Source: a virus
Taxonomy: Duplodnaviria > Caudoviricetes
Direction: 5' to 3' (one strand)
Virus record (IMG/VR): IMGVR_UViG_3300016478_000046
Location: 1-28,869 of that record
DNA length: 28,869 nt
A program made the position numbers and the translations under genes. The notes under the pieces are model-generated. The model was not told the origin of the DNA and did no database searches. It was given only the letters and a program-made list of their open reading frames with translations. Within the stretch, counting starts at the first letter, position 1. Every line of letters begins with the position of its first letter. Positions 16,197-23,737 of the stretch are shown piece after piece.

Positions 16197-17978
16197 ATGA
16201 GTAACGAGAACGGTTTGTTCGTAAAACATACAAATTGTCCTGCTTGCGGAAGCAAAGACAATTTAGCTTTATATGTACACGAAACAGAAAATGGAGACAT
16301 ATACAGTGCCTATTGTTTTGGTGGGGATTGTGGCTCTAGTTTTAAGCACGAACAATTACTAGAGGAAGGTATTGTCAAAAAAGAAGATGTTGTGGATAAA
16401 GAAAGCATCAAGAAGAAACAACGTCAGAAAATCACCAAAGAAGAACAACGTGCATTGTTTGCTAAAACAAGCTATTCTGGTATTAACCAGAACGATGCCA
16501 CAATGTATAGAAACTTAAAAGACGAATATCTTGAGTTTTACAGACATCGTTTTGAGAGAGATGCAAAAGGAAACATTGTATGTGTTTATTATCCTGAAAC
16601 AGAAGATGGCGAATTGCAAGGGTATAAAACTCGTGTACTGCCTAAGATTTTTGGATTAAAGAACATTGGTAAAACAGGATTGTCAAATGATTTATCAGGT
16701 CAGCACTTGTTTACCAAAGGTAAGAATTTACTTATTGTTGGTGGAGAGGAGGATAAGGTAGCTGCTTATCAGATGTTGCGGGAGTATCAGAAATCAAGAG
16801 ATAAAGATGATTACGATGCTGTTGCTGTGGTATCACCTACTTGCGGAGAAGGTAGTGCTGCAAAACAAGTAGCTGCACAATATGACTTCTGTGACAACTT
16901 TGAAAACATCATTGTTATGATGGATAATGACAAAGCAGGTCATGTTGCATCAAAAGAGATTGCGGCTGTATTACCTAAAGAAAAAGTTAGAATTGCTTTT
17001 ACATCTCTGAAAGACCCTTGTGAAATGTTAAAGCAAGGTAAGGATAAGCAATTTATCGCAAATTTCTATGATGCTAAGCCTCTTGTTAGCACAGGTATCA
17101 AGACATCTAAAGATGCTGATGCTGAAATGGAGATTGAGTTAAGTAGACCAAAGATTCCTTTGCCTCCTTTCATGAACAAGTTACAAGAGTTGATGTGTGG
17201 TGGCATTCCGTTAGGGTATATCATCAATCTTGGCGCACAGACAGGAGGGGGCAAAACTTCGATTGTCAACGAAATGATATATTATTGGATTTTCAATAGC
17301 CCTCACAAAATCGGAGTTGTATCTTTAGAACTTACTGCAGGTCAATATGCCATTGCTATGTTAAGTCGGCATATAGGTAAGAAGATTCAGTTGATACAAG
17401 ACCCAAAAGAAGCCATTGCGTTTGTTCAGCAAGATTGGGTAAAAGCTAAACGCAAAGAACTGATGGAGAACGAGTATGGTGAAGAACGATATACTATACT
17501 AGATGAACGAGATGGTAGTTTAGAGTCTGTTAAGTTACAGATTAACAAGTTAATCAAAAAACACGATTGCAAGTTGATTGTATTAGACCCTGTAAATGAC
17601 TTGTTTGAAGGAAGTAACTTAGAGCAGCAAACAGACTTTATTAAATACCTGAAACTAATCATCAAAGATGGTATTTCTGTGCTTAACATTTGCCATTTGA
17701 CAAAAGGCAAGACAGAAACAGACAAAGAAGGAAACCGCAAGGTAAGGAAGCTAACAGAAGATGATTTTGCTGGTGTTTCAAATTTGGTCAAGTCGGCAGG
17801 TTGTAATATCTTTGCTACTCGTGACAAATACGCTGAGGATGAATACGAGAGAAATACAACGCTCGTTGAAGTGCCGAAATGTAGATGGACAGGTAAAACA
17901 GGTTATGGTGGTGAATGGTTTTATGAAATTGAAACGCATACGATGTATGACAAAGATGACTATTTTATGAAACATTGA
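16197..17978 (+). CDS. DNA primase-helicase (T7 gp4-like)
   Basis: Zn finger CPAC..CF..DC; TOPRIM GEED/DNDKAG/KDPCE; Walker A GAQTGGGKT, SLE, LDP, HL, KCR; start 16194 or 16197. Confidence 0.95.
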   Translation: MSNENGLFVKHTNCPACGSKDNLALYVHETENGDIYSAYCFGGDCGSSFKHEQLLEEGIVKKEDVVDKESIKKKQRQKITKEEQRALFAKTSYSGINQNDATMYRNLKDEYLEFYRHRFERDAKGNIVCVYYPETEDGELQGYKTRVLPKIFGLKNIGKTGLSNDLSGQHLFTKGKNLLIVGGEEDKVAAYQMLREYQKSRDKDDYDAVAVVSPTCGEGSAAKQVAAQYDFCDNFENIIVMMDNDKAGHVASKEIAAVLPKEKVRIAFTSLKDPCEMLKQGKDKQFIANFYDAKPLVSTGIKTSKDADAEMEIELSRPKIPLPPFMNKLQELMCGGIPLGYIINLGAQTGGGKTSIVNEMIYYWIFNSPHKIGVVSLELTAGQYAIAMLSRHIGKKIQLIQDPKEAIAFVQQDWVKAKRKELMENEYGEERYTILDERDGSLESVKLQINKLIKKHDCKLIVLDPVNDLFEGSNLEQQTDFIKYLKLIIKDGISVLNICHLTKGKTETDKEGNRKVRKLTEDDFAGVSNLVKSAGCNIFATRDKYAEDEYERNTTLVEVPKCRWTGKTGYGGEWFYEIETHTMYDKDDYFMKH

Positions 17979-18003
17979 CATTAGACGGAATGTATTGTAC
18001 AAT
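17975..18003 (+). promoter_or_regulatory. sigma70-type promoter
   Basis: TTGACA-17bp-TACAAT. Confidence 0.88.
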
Positions 18004-18010
18004 ACATTCC
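17987..18010. repeat. perfect 24-bp palindrome over the -10 box
   Basis: GGAATGTATTGT|ACAATACATTCC. Confidence 0.92.
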
Positions 18011-18030
18011 TGTTTGTTATGAGGTGAATT

Positions 18031-18624
18031 ATGAGTAAATTAGTTTATGGTGTTGGTTTTAACGATAGAAGCAGACCTGTTTTTGTAAATGGTAAACGCG
18101 TCAAAGAATACGCTTTGTGGTATAGCATGCTAGAAAGATGTTTTAGTGAGAAGTATAAAATATGTTATCCAACCTACAAAGGTTGTAATGTTTCTGATAA
18201 CTTTTTGTACTACAGCTACTTCTACGATTGGTGTCATAACCAAATAGGTTTTGGTAAGGTTGATGAAAAAGGACGTTGTTGGCAATTGGATAAGGATTTG
18301 TTATTCATCGGTAACAAAACATATTCTGAAACAGCTTGTGTTTTTGTGCCGCACGAGATAAATTCGTTTTTTACTGATTGTGGTGCTAAAAGAGGTGAAC
18401 ACCCTTTGGGTGTTCATTTTCACAAGGAGAGTGGTAAGTTTAAGGTACAATGTGCTGTAGACGGTAAACCAAAACATTTAGGTTACTTCACCACACCTGA
18501 AGAAGCCTTTACCGTTTACAAACCATTTAAAGAAGCATTGTGTAAACAATTAGCTCTGAAATGGCAATCAGAAATTGACACACGATTATTTAATACAATG
18601 ATGAATTGGGCAGTCAAAGAATGA
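18031..18624 (+). CDS. HNH-like (DKD)/AP2 endonuclease, copy 3
   Basis: Colinear with copies 1, 2 and 4; GAGGTGA SD. Confidence 0.88.
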   Translation: MSKLVYGVGFNDRSRPVFVNGKRVKEYALWYSMLERCFSEKYKICYPTYKGCNVSDNFLYYSYFYDWCHNQIGFGKVDEKGRCWQLDKDLLFIGNKTYSETACVFVPHEINSFFTDCGAKRGEHPLGVHFHKESGKFKVQCAVDGKPKHLGYFTTPEEAFTVYKPFKEALCKQLALKWQSEIDTRLFNTMMNWAVKE

Positions 18625-20741
18625 AAAAATATATCTACGATATTGAATCCTACCCGAATATATTCACGTTCTCTTATGTTTCTGATGACAACAACGAAAA
18701 GCAGACATTTGAGATTTCATTCAGAAAGAACGAAGTGGTTGAATTGTTTGCTTTTCTTGATGATTGTCACAACAAGCGTTGTTTTCTTATTGGCTTTAAC
18801 AATGTTGGGTTCGATTATCCTGTGCTGCACAAGCTAATTAAGATGAGAAATAACATTCCCAAGAATGGTGTTACTATTGCCAAAAAGATGTATCAATATA
18901 CACAAGAACAGATTGAATCTTTTAATGGTGAGTTTCCAAACACAGTAAAGGAATCAGAAAGATATATTCAGCAGATTGACTTATTCAAAATACATCATTT
19001 TGACAACAAAGCTAGGTCAACAAGTTTGAAAATGTTAGAGTTTAATATGCGTTCTAATAACATTGAGGACTTACCTTTCAGTGTTGGCAAAGAGCTTACT
19101 TCTGACGAATGTGATGTGTTAATCAAATACAACGAACACGATGTACAGATGACAAGAGCTTTCTATCTAAAATCATTAGATATGATTAGCTTTCGTGAGA
19201 AGCTAACAGAAAAGTATTGTCGTAACTTCTTAAACCACAATGACACAAAGATTGGTAAAGACTACTTCATTATGAAGTTAGAGGAATCAGGTGTCAAAGT
19301 GTATAAAGAAGATGATAAAGGTAGACGAGTGATGAATCAAACAAAACGCTCGTGCATTGATATTGGTAAATGCTTGTTTGACTATTATGACTTTGAATTA
19401 CCAGCTTTTGTTGCTATCAAAGAATGGTTTGCTAAACAGAAGATACAAGAGACAAAAGGTGTATTCACGGATATTGAAGAACACTTACTTGGTGATGTTG
19501 CCAAGTATGCCGAGATGTCAATTAGTAAGAAGAAGTTTAAGACAGAGCCTACTACTTCTGAAATTGAGCAATTCAAGAAAGAACACCCTCTTGGGTGGAT
19601 TGACAAGGTAGAGCTTAAAGCTAAAAAGAAAGGCGAAACACAATACAGTTATTGGGGCTGTTGGAAAGTAGCAGAAACACTAAATGTTGTTGTTAATGGT
19701 TTCAGATATGATTTTGGTGTTGGTGGTATTCACGGTAGTATTAGCAACAAGATAGCTCACAGCAATAAGAGATACATTCTTGTTGATGCGGACGTTTCAT
19801 CATACTATCCTAATATGGCTATCTCTAACAATGTTTATCCTGAACATTTAGGTACTAGATTCTGTTCTATCTACAAAGATATGTACGAACAACGTAAGTC
19901 TTATGACAAGAAGTCTGCTGAAAATGCAATGCTTAAACTAGCTTTGAATGGTGTGTATGGTGATAGTAACAACAAGTTTAGTCCGTTCTATGACCCTGCA
20001 TACACAATGAAAATCACAATCAATGGTCAATTATCTTTGTGTATGCTTGCTGAAAAGCTATTGTCTATCGAAGGATTACTCGTTGTACAGATTAACACAG
20101 ACGGTATCACTGTTGCATTACCTCGTAATAAACGAGAGCAATATGATAAGATTTGTGCAGATTGGCAATCTACTGTTAAATTGCAGCTAGAGTTTGCTGA
20201 ATACGAGAAGATGTTTATTCGTGATGTGAACAATTACATTGCCTTGTATTCCAATGGTAAGACAAAAAACAAGGGTTGTTATGAATATGGTAAAGAAGAT
20301 GATGGTACACCAAACCATTTGAAATTAGGGTGGTCTAAGAATCATTCGTCTTTAGTGATTCCGATGGCTGCTGAGGCTTATATGCTACATGGTAAAGATG
20401 TCAGAGAGTTTGTTACGTCACACAACAACATCTATGATTTTATGCTTCGTACTAAAGTACCTCGTAATAGCAGATTAGTCATTGTTGATGGTAACGGTAT
20501 TGATGTTCCACAACAGAACATTTGTCGTTATTATCCTTGTAAATCAGGTGGTAAACTGGTTAAGATCATGCCACCTTTACAAGAAGGAGGAGATGAACGT
20601 AGATTGTCTATTGATAGTCAATGGAATGTTACCACTTGTAATGACATTAACGACTTCAAAGGTGATATTGACTATGATTATTATGTTGAAGAAGCAAATA
20701 AATTAATCATAACTGTTGACACATCAAACAAAACAGTTTAA
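18621..20741 (+). CDS. family B DNA polymerase with 3'-5' exonuclease
   Basis: ExoI YDIE, ExoII FN..FD, ExoIII YN.HDV; DVSSYYPN, KLALNGVYG, NTDG; start reassigned to ATG 18621. Confidence 0.93.
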   Translation: MKKYIYDIESYPNIFTFSYVSDDNNEKQTFEISFRKNEVVELFAFLDDCHNKRCFLIGFNNVGFDYPVLHKLIKMRNNIPKNGVTIAKKMYQYTQEQIESFNGEFPNTVKESERYIQQIDLFKIHHFDNKARSTSLKMLEFNMRSNNIEDLPFSVGKELTSDECDVLIKYNEHDVQMTRAFYLKSLDMISFREKLTEKYCRNFLNHNDTKIGKDYFIMKLEESGVKVYKEDDKGRRVMNQTKRSCIDIGKCLFDYYDFELPAFVAIKEWFAKQKIQETKGVFTDIEEHLLGDVAKYAEMSISKKKFKTEPTTSEIEQFKKEHPLGWIDKVELKAKKKGETQYSYWGCWKVAETLNVVVNGFRYDFGVGGIHGSISNKIAHSNKRYILVDADVSSYYPNMAISNNVYPEHLGTRFCSIYKDMYEQRKSYDKKSAENAMLKLALNGVYGDSNNKFSPFYDPAYTMKITINGQLSLCMLAEKLLSIEGLLVVQINTDGITVALPRNKREQYDKICADWQSTVKLQLEFAEYEKMFIRDVNNYIALYSNGKTKNKGCYEYGKEDDGTPNHLKLGWSKNHSSLVIPMAAEAYMLHGKDVREFVTSHNNIYDFMLRTKVPRNSRLVIVDGNGIDVPQQNICRYYPCKSGGKLVKIMPPLQEGGDERRLSIDSQWNVTTCNDINDFKGDIDYDYYVEEANKLIITVDTSNKTV

Positions 20742-20744
20742 ACT
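20716..20744 (+). promoter_or_regulatory. sigma70-type promoter within the polymerase 3' end
   Basis: TTGACA-17bp-TAAACT. Confidence 0.75.
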
Positions 20745-20796
20745 ACTACGCATGGACAAGCAACAATGTTTGTCCTAATTTGACAAGAGGTGAAAT

Positions 20797-21024
20797 ATGG
20801 TTATGATTGATATTAGAGCAGGTGACACTGCAAAGATTGACAGCATCCAATTTGCGGATGATTCTGCCTCAGCTAGTTTTGTAACTTTAAACAGTTATAG
20901 GCCAAGCGAGGTATGTTTGTATGATTTTGATGAATGTGGTGTTAGTAATATCTTTATCAGCGACATTCCAAACCTAATCAAAGCATTAGAGAAAGCGTAT
21001 GAATTATGGGGAGAAAAGAAATGA
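20797..21024 (+). CDS. hypothetical protein
   Basis: GAGGTGA SD; C-terminal DIPNLIKALEKA helix. Confidence 0.75.
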   Translation: MVMIDIRAGDTAKIDSIQFADDSASASFVTLNSYRPSEVCLYDFDECGVSNIFISDIPNLIKALEKAYELWGEKK

Positions 21025-21170
21025 GCATTAACTACGATTGCGAGTTATACCAAAAACTGTTCAAAGACATTACAAGGAAACGTGCTTATCAAGGTGCTAA
21101 AAGAGTGTTTAAGCGTAGGCAGAAAGAGCGTAATAAATGGAAAAGGTATAACACGAATACATTAAATTAA
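21021..21170 (+). CDS. 49-aa highly basic protein
   Basis: GGGAG SD; ATGA overlap; read manually (MSINYDCELYQKLFKDITRKRAYQGAKRVFKRRQKER...). Confidence 0.65.
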   Translation: MSINYDCELYQKLFKDITRKRAYQGAKRVFKRRQKERNKWKRYNTNTLN

Positions 21171-21184
21171 TTTAATTAAATGTC

Positions 21185-21212
21185 TTGACAACACAGAAAC
21201 CTGTGGTACAAT
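21185..21212 (+). promoter_or_regulatory. sigma70-type promoter for SSB
   Basis: TTGACA-16bp-TACAAT with extended TG. Confidence 0.85.
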
Positions 21213-21282
21213 ATATCCACAACGTACACATTGTTTAGCCGACATTGTGTATTATCTCAACGTCTAATTAGGAGACAACGTA

Positions 21283-21864
21283 ATGGCTAAATATACCCAA
21301 GAGACTATTACTGGTACTTTATTGTATGTTTGTATTCAACAACCAACTAAGAAGTATGAGAGTGACGAGACTGAATGGAAAGTGTCTTTAGTAATTGACA
21401 AGAAACAAGCTAAAGAGTGGAACAAGCGTTTTAGCAAACAAAAAGCTAAAGAAATTGACAACGCTGAGTTTGAGAACGTCTATAAGATTACACCGCCTGT
21501 AGATGGTCAAGATGAACAATACGTGATTAAGATTAGTCAAAATACGCATACATCTGATGGTAAAGAAATGTATCAACCAAAAGTGTACCAAGACATAGGA
21601 GCAAACAACGTTGTGGAGATTACAAACACCAAACTGGTTGGTAATGGCAGTCTTGGTTCTGTGAGTTATACTGTTGTTGAAAACAAGTTTGGTACTTTTG
21701 CGAAGTTAAATGCGCTATTGGTTACTGATTTGATTGAGTACCAGAAAACAGGGTCAAACCCGTTTGGGAAGCACGTGGTTACAGGTACAGTGGTTAATAA
21801 AGAAGCTGTTGCTGTTAAGCAAGATGCCGTGATTGATGAAGATGACGACTCACTTCCTTTTTGA
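21283..21864 (+). CDS. single-stranded DNA-binding protein (T7 gp2.5-like)
   Basis: VGNGS.G...L.A..V.DLIEY core; acidic tail DEDDDSLPF; replication context. Confidence 0.85.
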   Translation: MAKYTQETITGTLLYVCIQQPTKKYESDETEWKVSLVIDKKQAKEWNKRFSKQKAKEIDNAEFENVYKITPPVDGQDEQYVIKISQNTHTSDGKEMYQPKVYQDIGANNVVEITNTKLVGNGSLGSVSYTVVENKFGTFAKLNALLVTDLIEYQKTGSNPFGKHVVTGTVVNKEAVAVKQDAVIDEDDDSLPF

Positions 21865-21907
21865 TAATTAACGAAAAGCACAAGGACGTGCTTACAAGAG
21901 GTGAATT

Positions 21908-22507
21908 ATGAAAGAATTAGTGTGGGGTGCAGGTTTTAATGATGGGAGTAAACCATCATACGATGGCAAGAAGATTCTTAAAGAATACAGTTTGTGGCAA
22001 GATATGTTAAGACGATGCTTTAGTGAAAAGCATCAAACACTTTACCCAACTTACAAAGGTTGTAATGTTTCTGATAACTTTTTGCACTATTCATTCTTTT
22101 ATGACTGGTGTCAAGAGCAAATAGGTTTTGGTAACATTGATGAAAAAGGACGTAGTTGGTGTTTAGATAAGGACTTGTTATTCGTTGGTAACAAAACATA
22201 TTCTGAAACAGCTTGTGTTTTTGTACCATCACAGATAAACGTGTTTTTCACTGATAGTGGAGCTAAAAGAGGTGAATACCCTGTAGGTGTTTATTTTAAC
22301 AAAGAGAGTGGTAGGTTTATGGCATATTGCAACGTAAACAGCAAACGACAACACTTAGGGTACTTCAACACATCACAGGAAGCCTTTGCTGCATATAAAC
22401 AATTTAAAGAAGCATTGTGTAAGCAATTAGCTTTAAAATGGCAACACGAAATTGATTCAAGACTATTTAACGCAATGATGAATTGGAGTGTAAGTTATGA
22501 AAATTGA
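21908..22507 (+). CDS. HNH-like (DKD)/AP2 endonuclease, copy 4
   Basis: Colinear with copies 1-3; GAGGTGA SD. Confidence 0.88.
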   Translation: MKELVWGAGFNDGSKPSYDGKKILKEYSLWQDMLRRCFSEKHQTLYPTYKGCNVSDNFLHYSFFYDWCQEQIGFGNIDEKGRSWCLDKDLLFVGNKTYSETACVFVPSQINVFFTDSGAKRGEYPVGVYFNKESGRFMAYCNVNSKRQHLGYFNTSQEAFAAYKQFKEALCKQLALKWQHEIDSRLFNAMMNWSVSYEN

Positions 22508-22721
22508 ACAAACAGAGATAACAAAGGTGTGTACAAATCCACCGAACAACAAAGAACCTCCTAGTTTTCCATTTCGATTTGGCGTAACAACAGCTTTGTA
22601 CTTAGCTTTGTTTATAGTACCAATGAAGTATGGGTTCGGATTAGATGTGGTGAATGTAGCAGGGATTCTTATTCCTACTGTATTGTTTGGATTGATTTTT
22701 GGGAGAGCAGTGACAAAATGA
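22497..22721 (+). CDS. small membrane protein (2 TM)
   Basis: Two hydrophobic segments; GGAG SD. Confidence 0.7.
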   Translation: MKIEQTEITKVCTNPPNNKEPPSFPFRFGVTTALYLALFIVPMKYGFGLDVVNVAGILIPTVLFGLIFGRAVTK

Positions 22722-23020
22722 GTATTCAGTATAAAGCAGCTATGGTTGTTGGTGCAACATGGAGCAGTATTCCACTTGACGATGAGTCATTCGATAACAT
22801 TAAACAACTCGTTGATGATGGTGAGTTTGACGACTTTCCTCCTTGTTATGATGGAGGTCGAGAGGGTGTGTTTGGTTATGAATTAGAGATAACACCAGAT
22901 TATTACTATTCTGAGATTAACACAGTTGGTTTTAATGAAAAAGTTAATGCTCTAAAACAGCAATTTTTAGAAATGACAGGATTTGAAGCTAAAGTCTATT
23001 TAACTCCAGTTGGCTATTAG
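22718..23020 (+). CDS. acidic hypothetical protein
   Basis: ATGA overlap. Confidence 0.75.
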   Translation: MSIQYKAAMVVGATWSSIPLDDESFDNIKQLVDDGEFDDFPPCYDGGREGVFGYELEITPDYYYSEINTVGFNEKVNALKQQFLEMTGFEAKVYLTPVGY

Positions 23021-23030
23021 GAGGTATAAG

Positions 23031-23222
23031 ATGAACAACACAGAGCAATTTGTCAATTATATGATTGAGCAACACGGTCAAGAAGTGGTTGACCAAGCAC
23101 ACGAGATTGTAGAGAGCTTTTCTAAGCAAGTGGAAGAAAATGGTTTAGCTGGTGTAATTGCAGCAAATATCTTTTTTCAAGCAATGTTAGAAGAATTGGA
23201 CAATTTAGGAGATGAAGAATGA
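23031..23222 (+). CDS. small acidic helical protein
   Basis: ATG 23031 with AGGAGG SD. Confidence 0.75.
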   Translation: MNNTEQFVNYMIEQHGQEVVDQAHEIVESFSKQVEENGLAGVIAANIFFQAMLEELDNLGDEE

Positions 23223-23521
23223 CAGAACAGAAGCGTGGTCGTGGGCGGCCTGAGAACAACGACAATGAAGTGCTAACCGCTATTCTTAATGATGAGGATA
23301 AACGTAAAGAGTTTGCTGAGGCAATATCTAACTTAGTGTATCATAAGCGAAAGATTGAGGCTGATGTGTTGCTACACAAAGACGATGTGTCTGCTGTGTC
23401 TGAGAAGTTTGGTTTGAGTAAGGGATTGCTGAACAAGAAAGTGACAGCTATTGTGAAAGAGAAAGAGATTGAGGAAGCTGATAAGGCTCTTACTTTGCAT
23501 GAATTGTTGACGGAGGTGTGA
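23219..23521 (+). CDS. DNA-binding protein: AT-hook plus T4 DsbA-like helical domain
   Basis: KRGRGRP; KDDV..VSEKFGLSK..LNK. Confidence 0.65.
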   Translation: MTEQKRGRGRPENNDNEVLTAILNDEDKRKEFAEAISNLVYHKRKIEADVLLHKDDVSAVSEKFGLSKGLLNKKVTAIVKEKEIEEADKALTLHELLTEV

Positions 23522-23522
23522 G

Positions 23523-23693
23523 GTGGGTTTATTTACTATTGTTTTTGCCATTCTTTTAACTTTAAAGTTATTAGGTTTGATTACTTATTCTTGGTGGATT
23601 GTTTTTAGTCCTTTGATTATTGGTTTTGTGGTGACGTTTGTTGTCATATTCCTCGCTTTACTTAACAAAGAAAAGCGTGGTTATAAACGGTGA
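23523..23693 (+). CDS. 56-aa membrane protein (LKL.G.I.xSWW.V..P phage family)
   Basis: GTG start, GGAGGT SD; MGLFTIVFAILLTLKLLGLITYSWWIVFSPLII...; read manually. Confidence 0.8.
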   Translation: MGLFTIVFAILLTLKLLGLITYSWWIVFSPLIIGFVVTFVVIFLALLNKEKRGYKR

Positions 23694-23698
23694 CACTC

Positions 23699-23722
23699 AA
23701 AAAGCCCTCTGTTAAAGAGGGC
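23699..23722 (-). terminator. rho-independent terminator between convergent operons
   Basis: Minus strand GCCCTCT-TTAAC-AGAGGGC-TTTTT. Confidence 0.8.
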
Positions 23723-23737
23723 AAAGGCATTGTTGTT

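Noticed and set aside
1289-20741. Introns or inteins in nrdA, nrdB, thyX, helicase or polymerase
   Set aside because: All are continuous ORFs of ordinary length without intein motifs; the endonucleases are free-standing.
21072-21894. ACAAGGA(AA)CGTGCTTA near-repeat on both sides of SSB
   Set aside because: Short, gapped, and one copy lies in coding sequence; plausible by chance.
11959-22232. Minus-strand and alternate-frame ORFs inside the replication genes (e.g. 14552-14917, 17426-17827, 18643-18837, 19357-19611)
   Set aside because: Fully nested in conserved genes, with no independent evidence.
6291-22507. Diversity-generating retroelement or IS explanation for the four paralogues
   Set aside because: No reverse transcriptase or transposase in the window, no terminal inverted repeats or target duplication seen, and variation does not look adenine-restricted.
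1270-23715. Identical TTAAC loop in two terminators
   Set aside because: Only two instances of a 5-nt AT-rich loop; insufficient to claim a signal.
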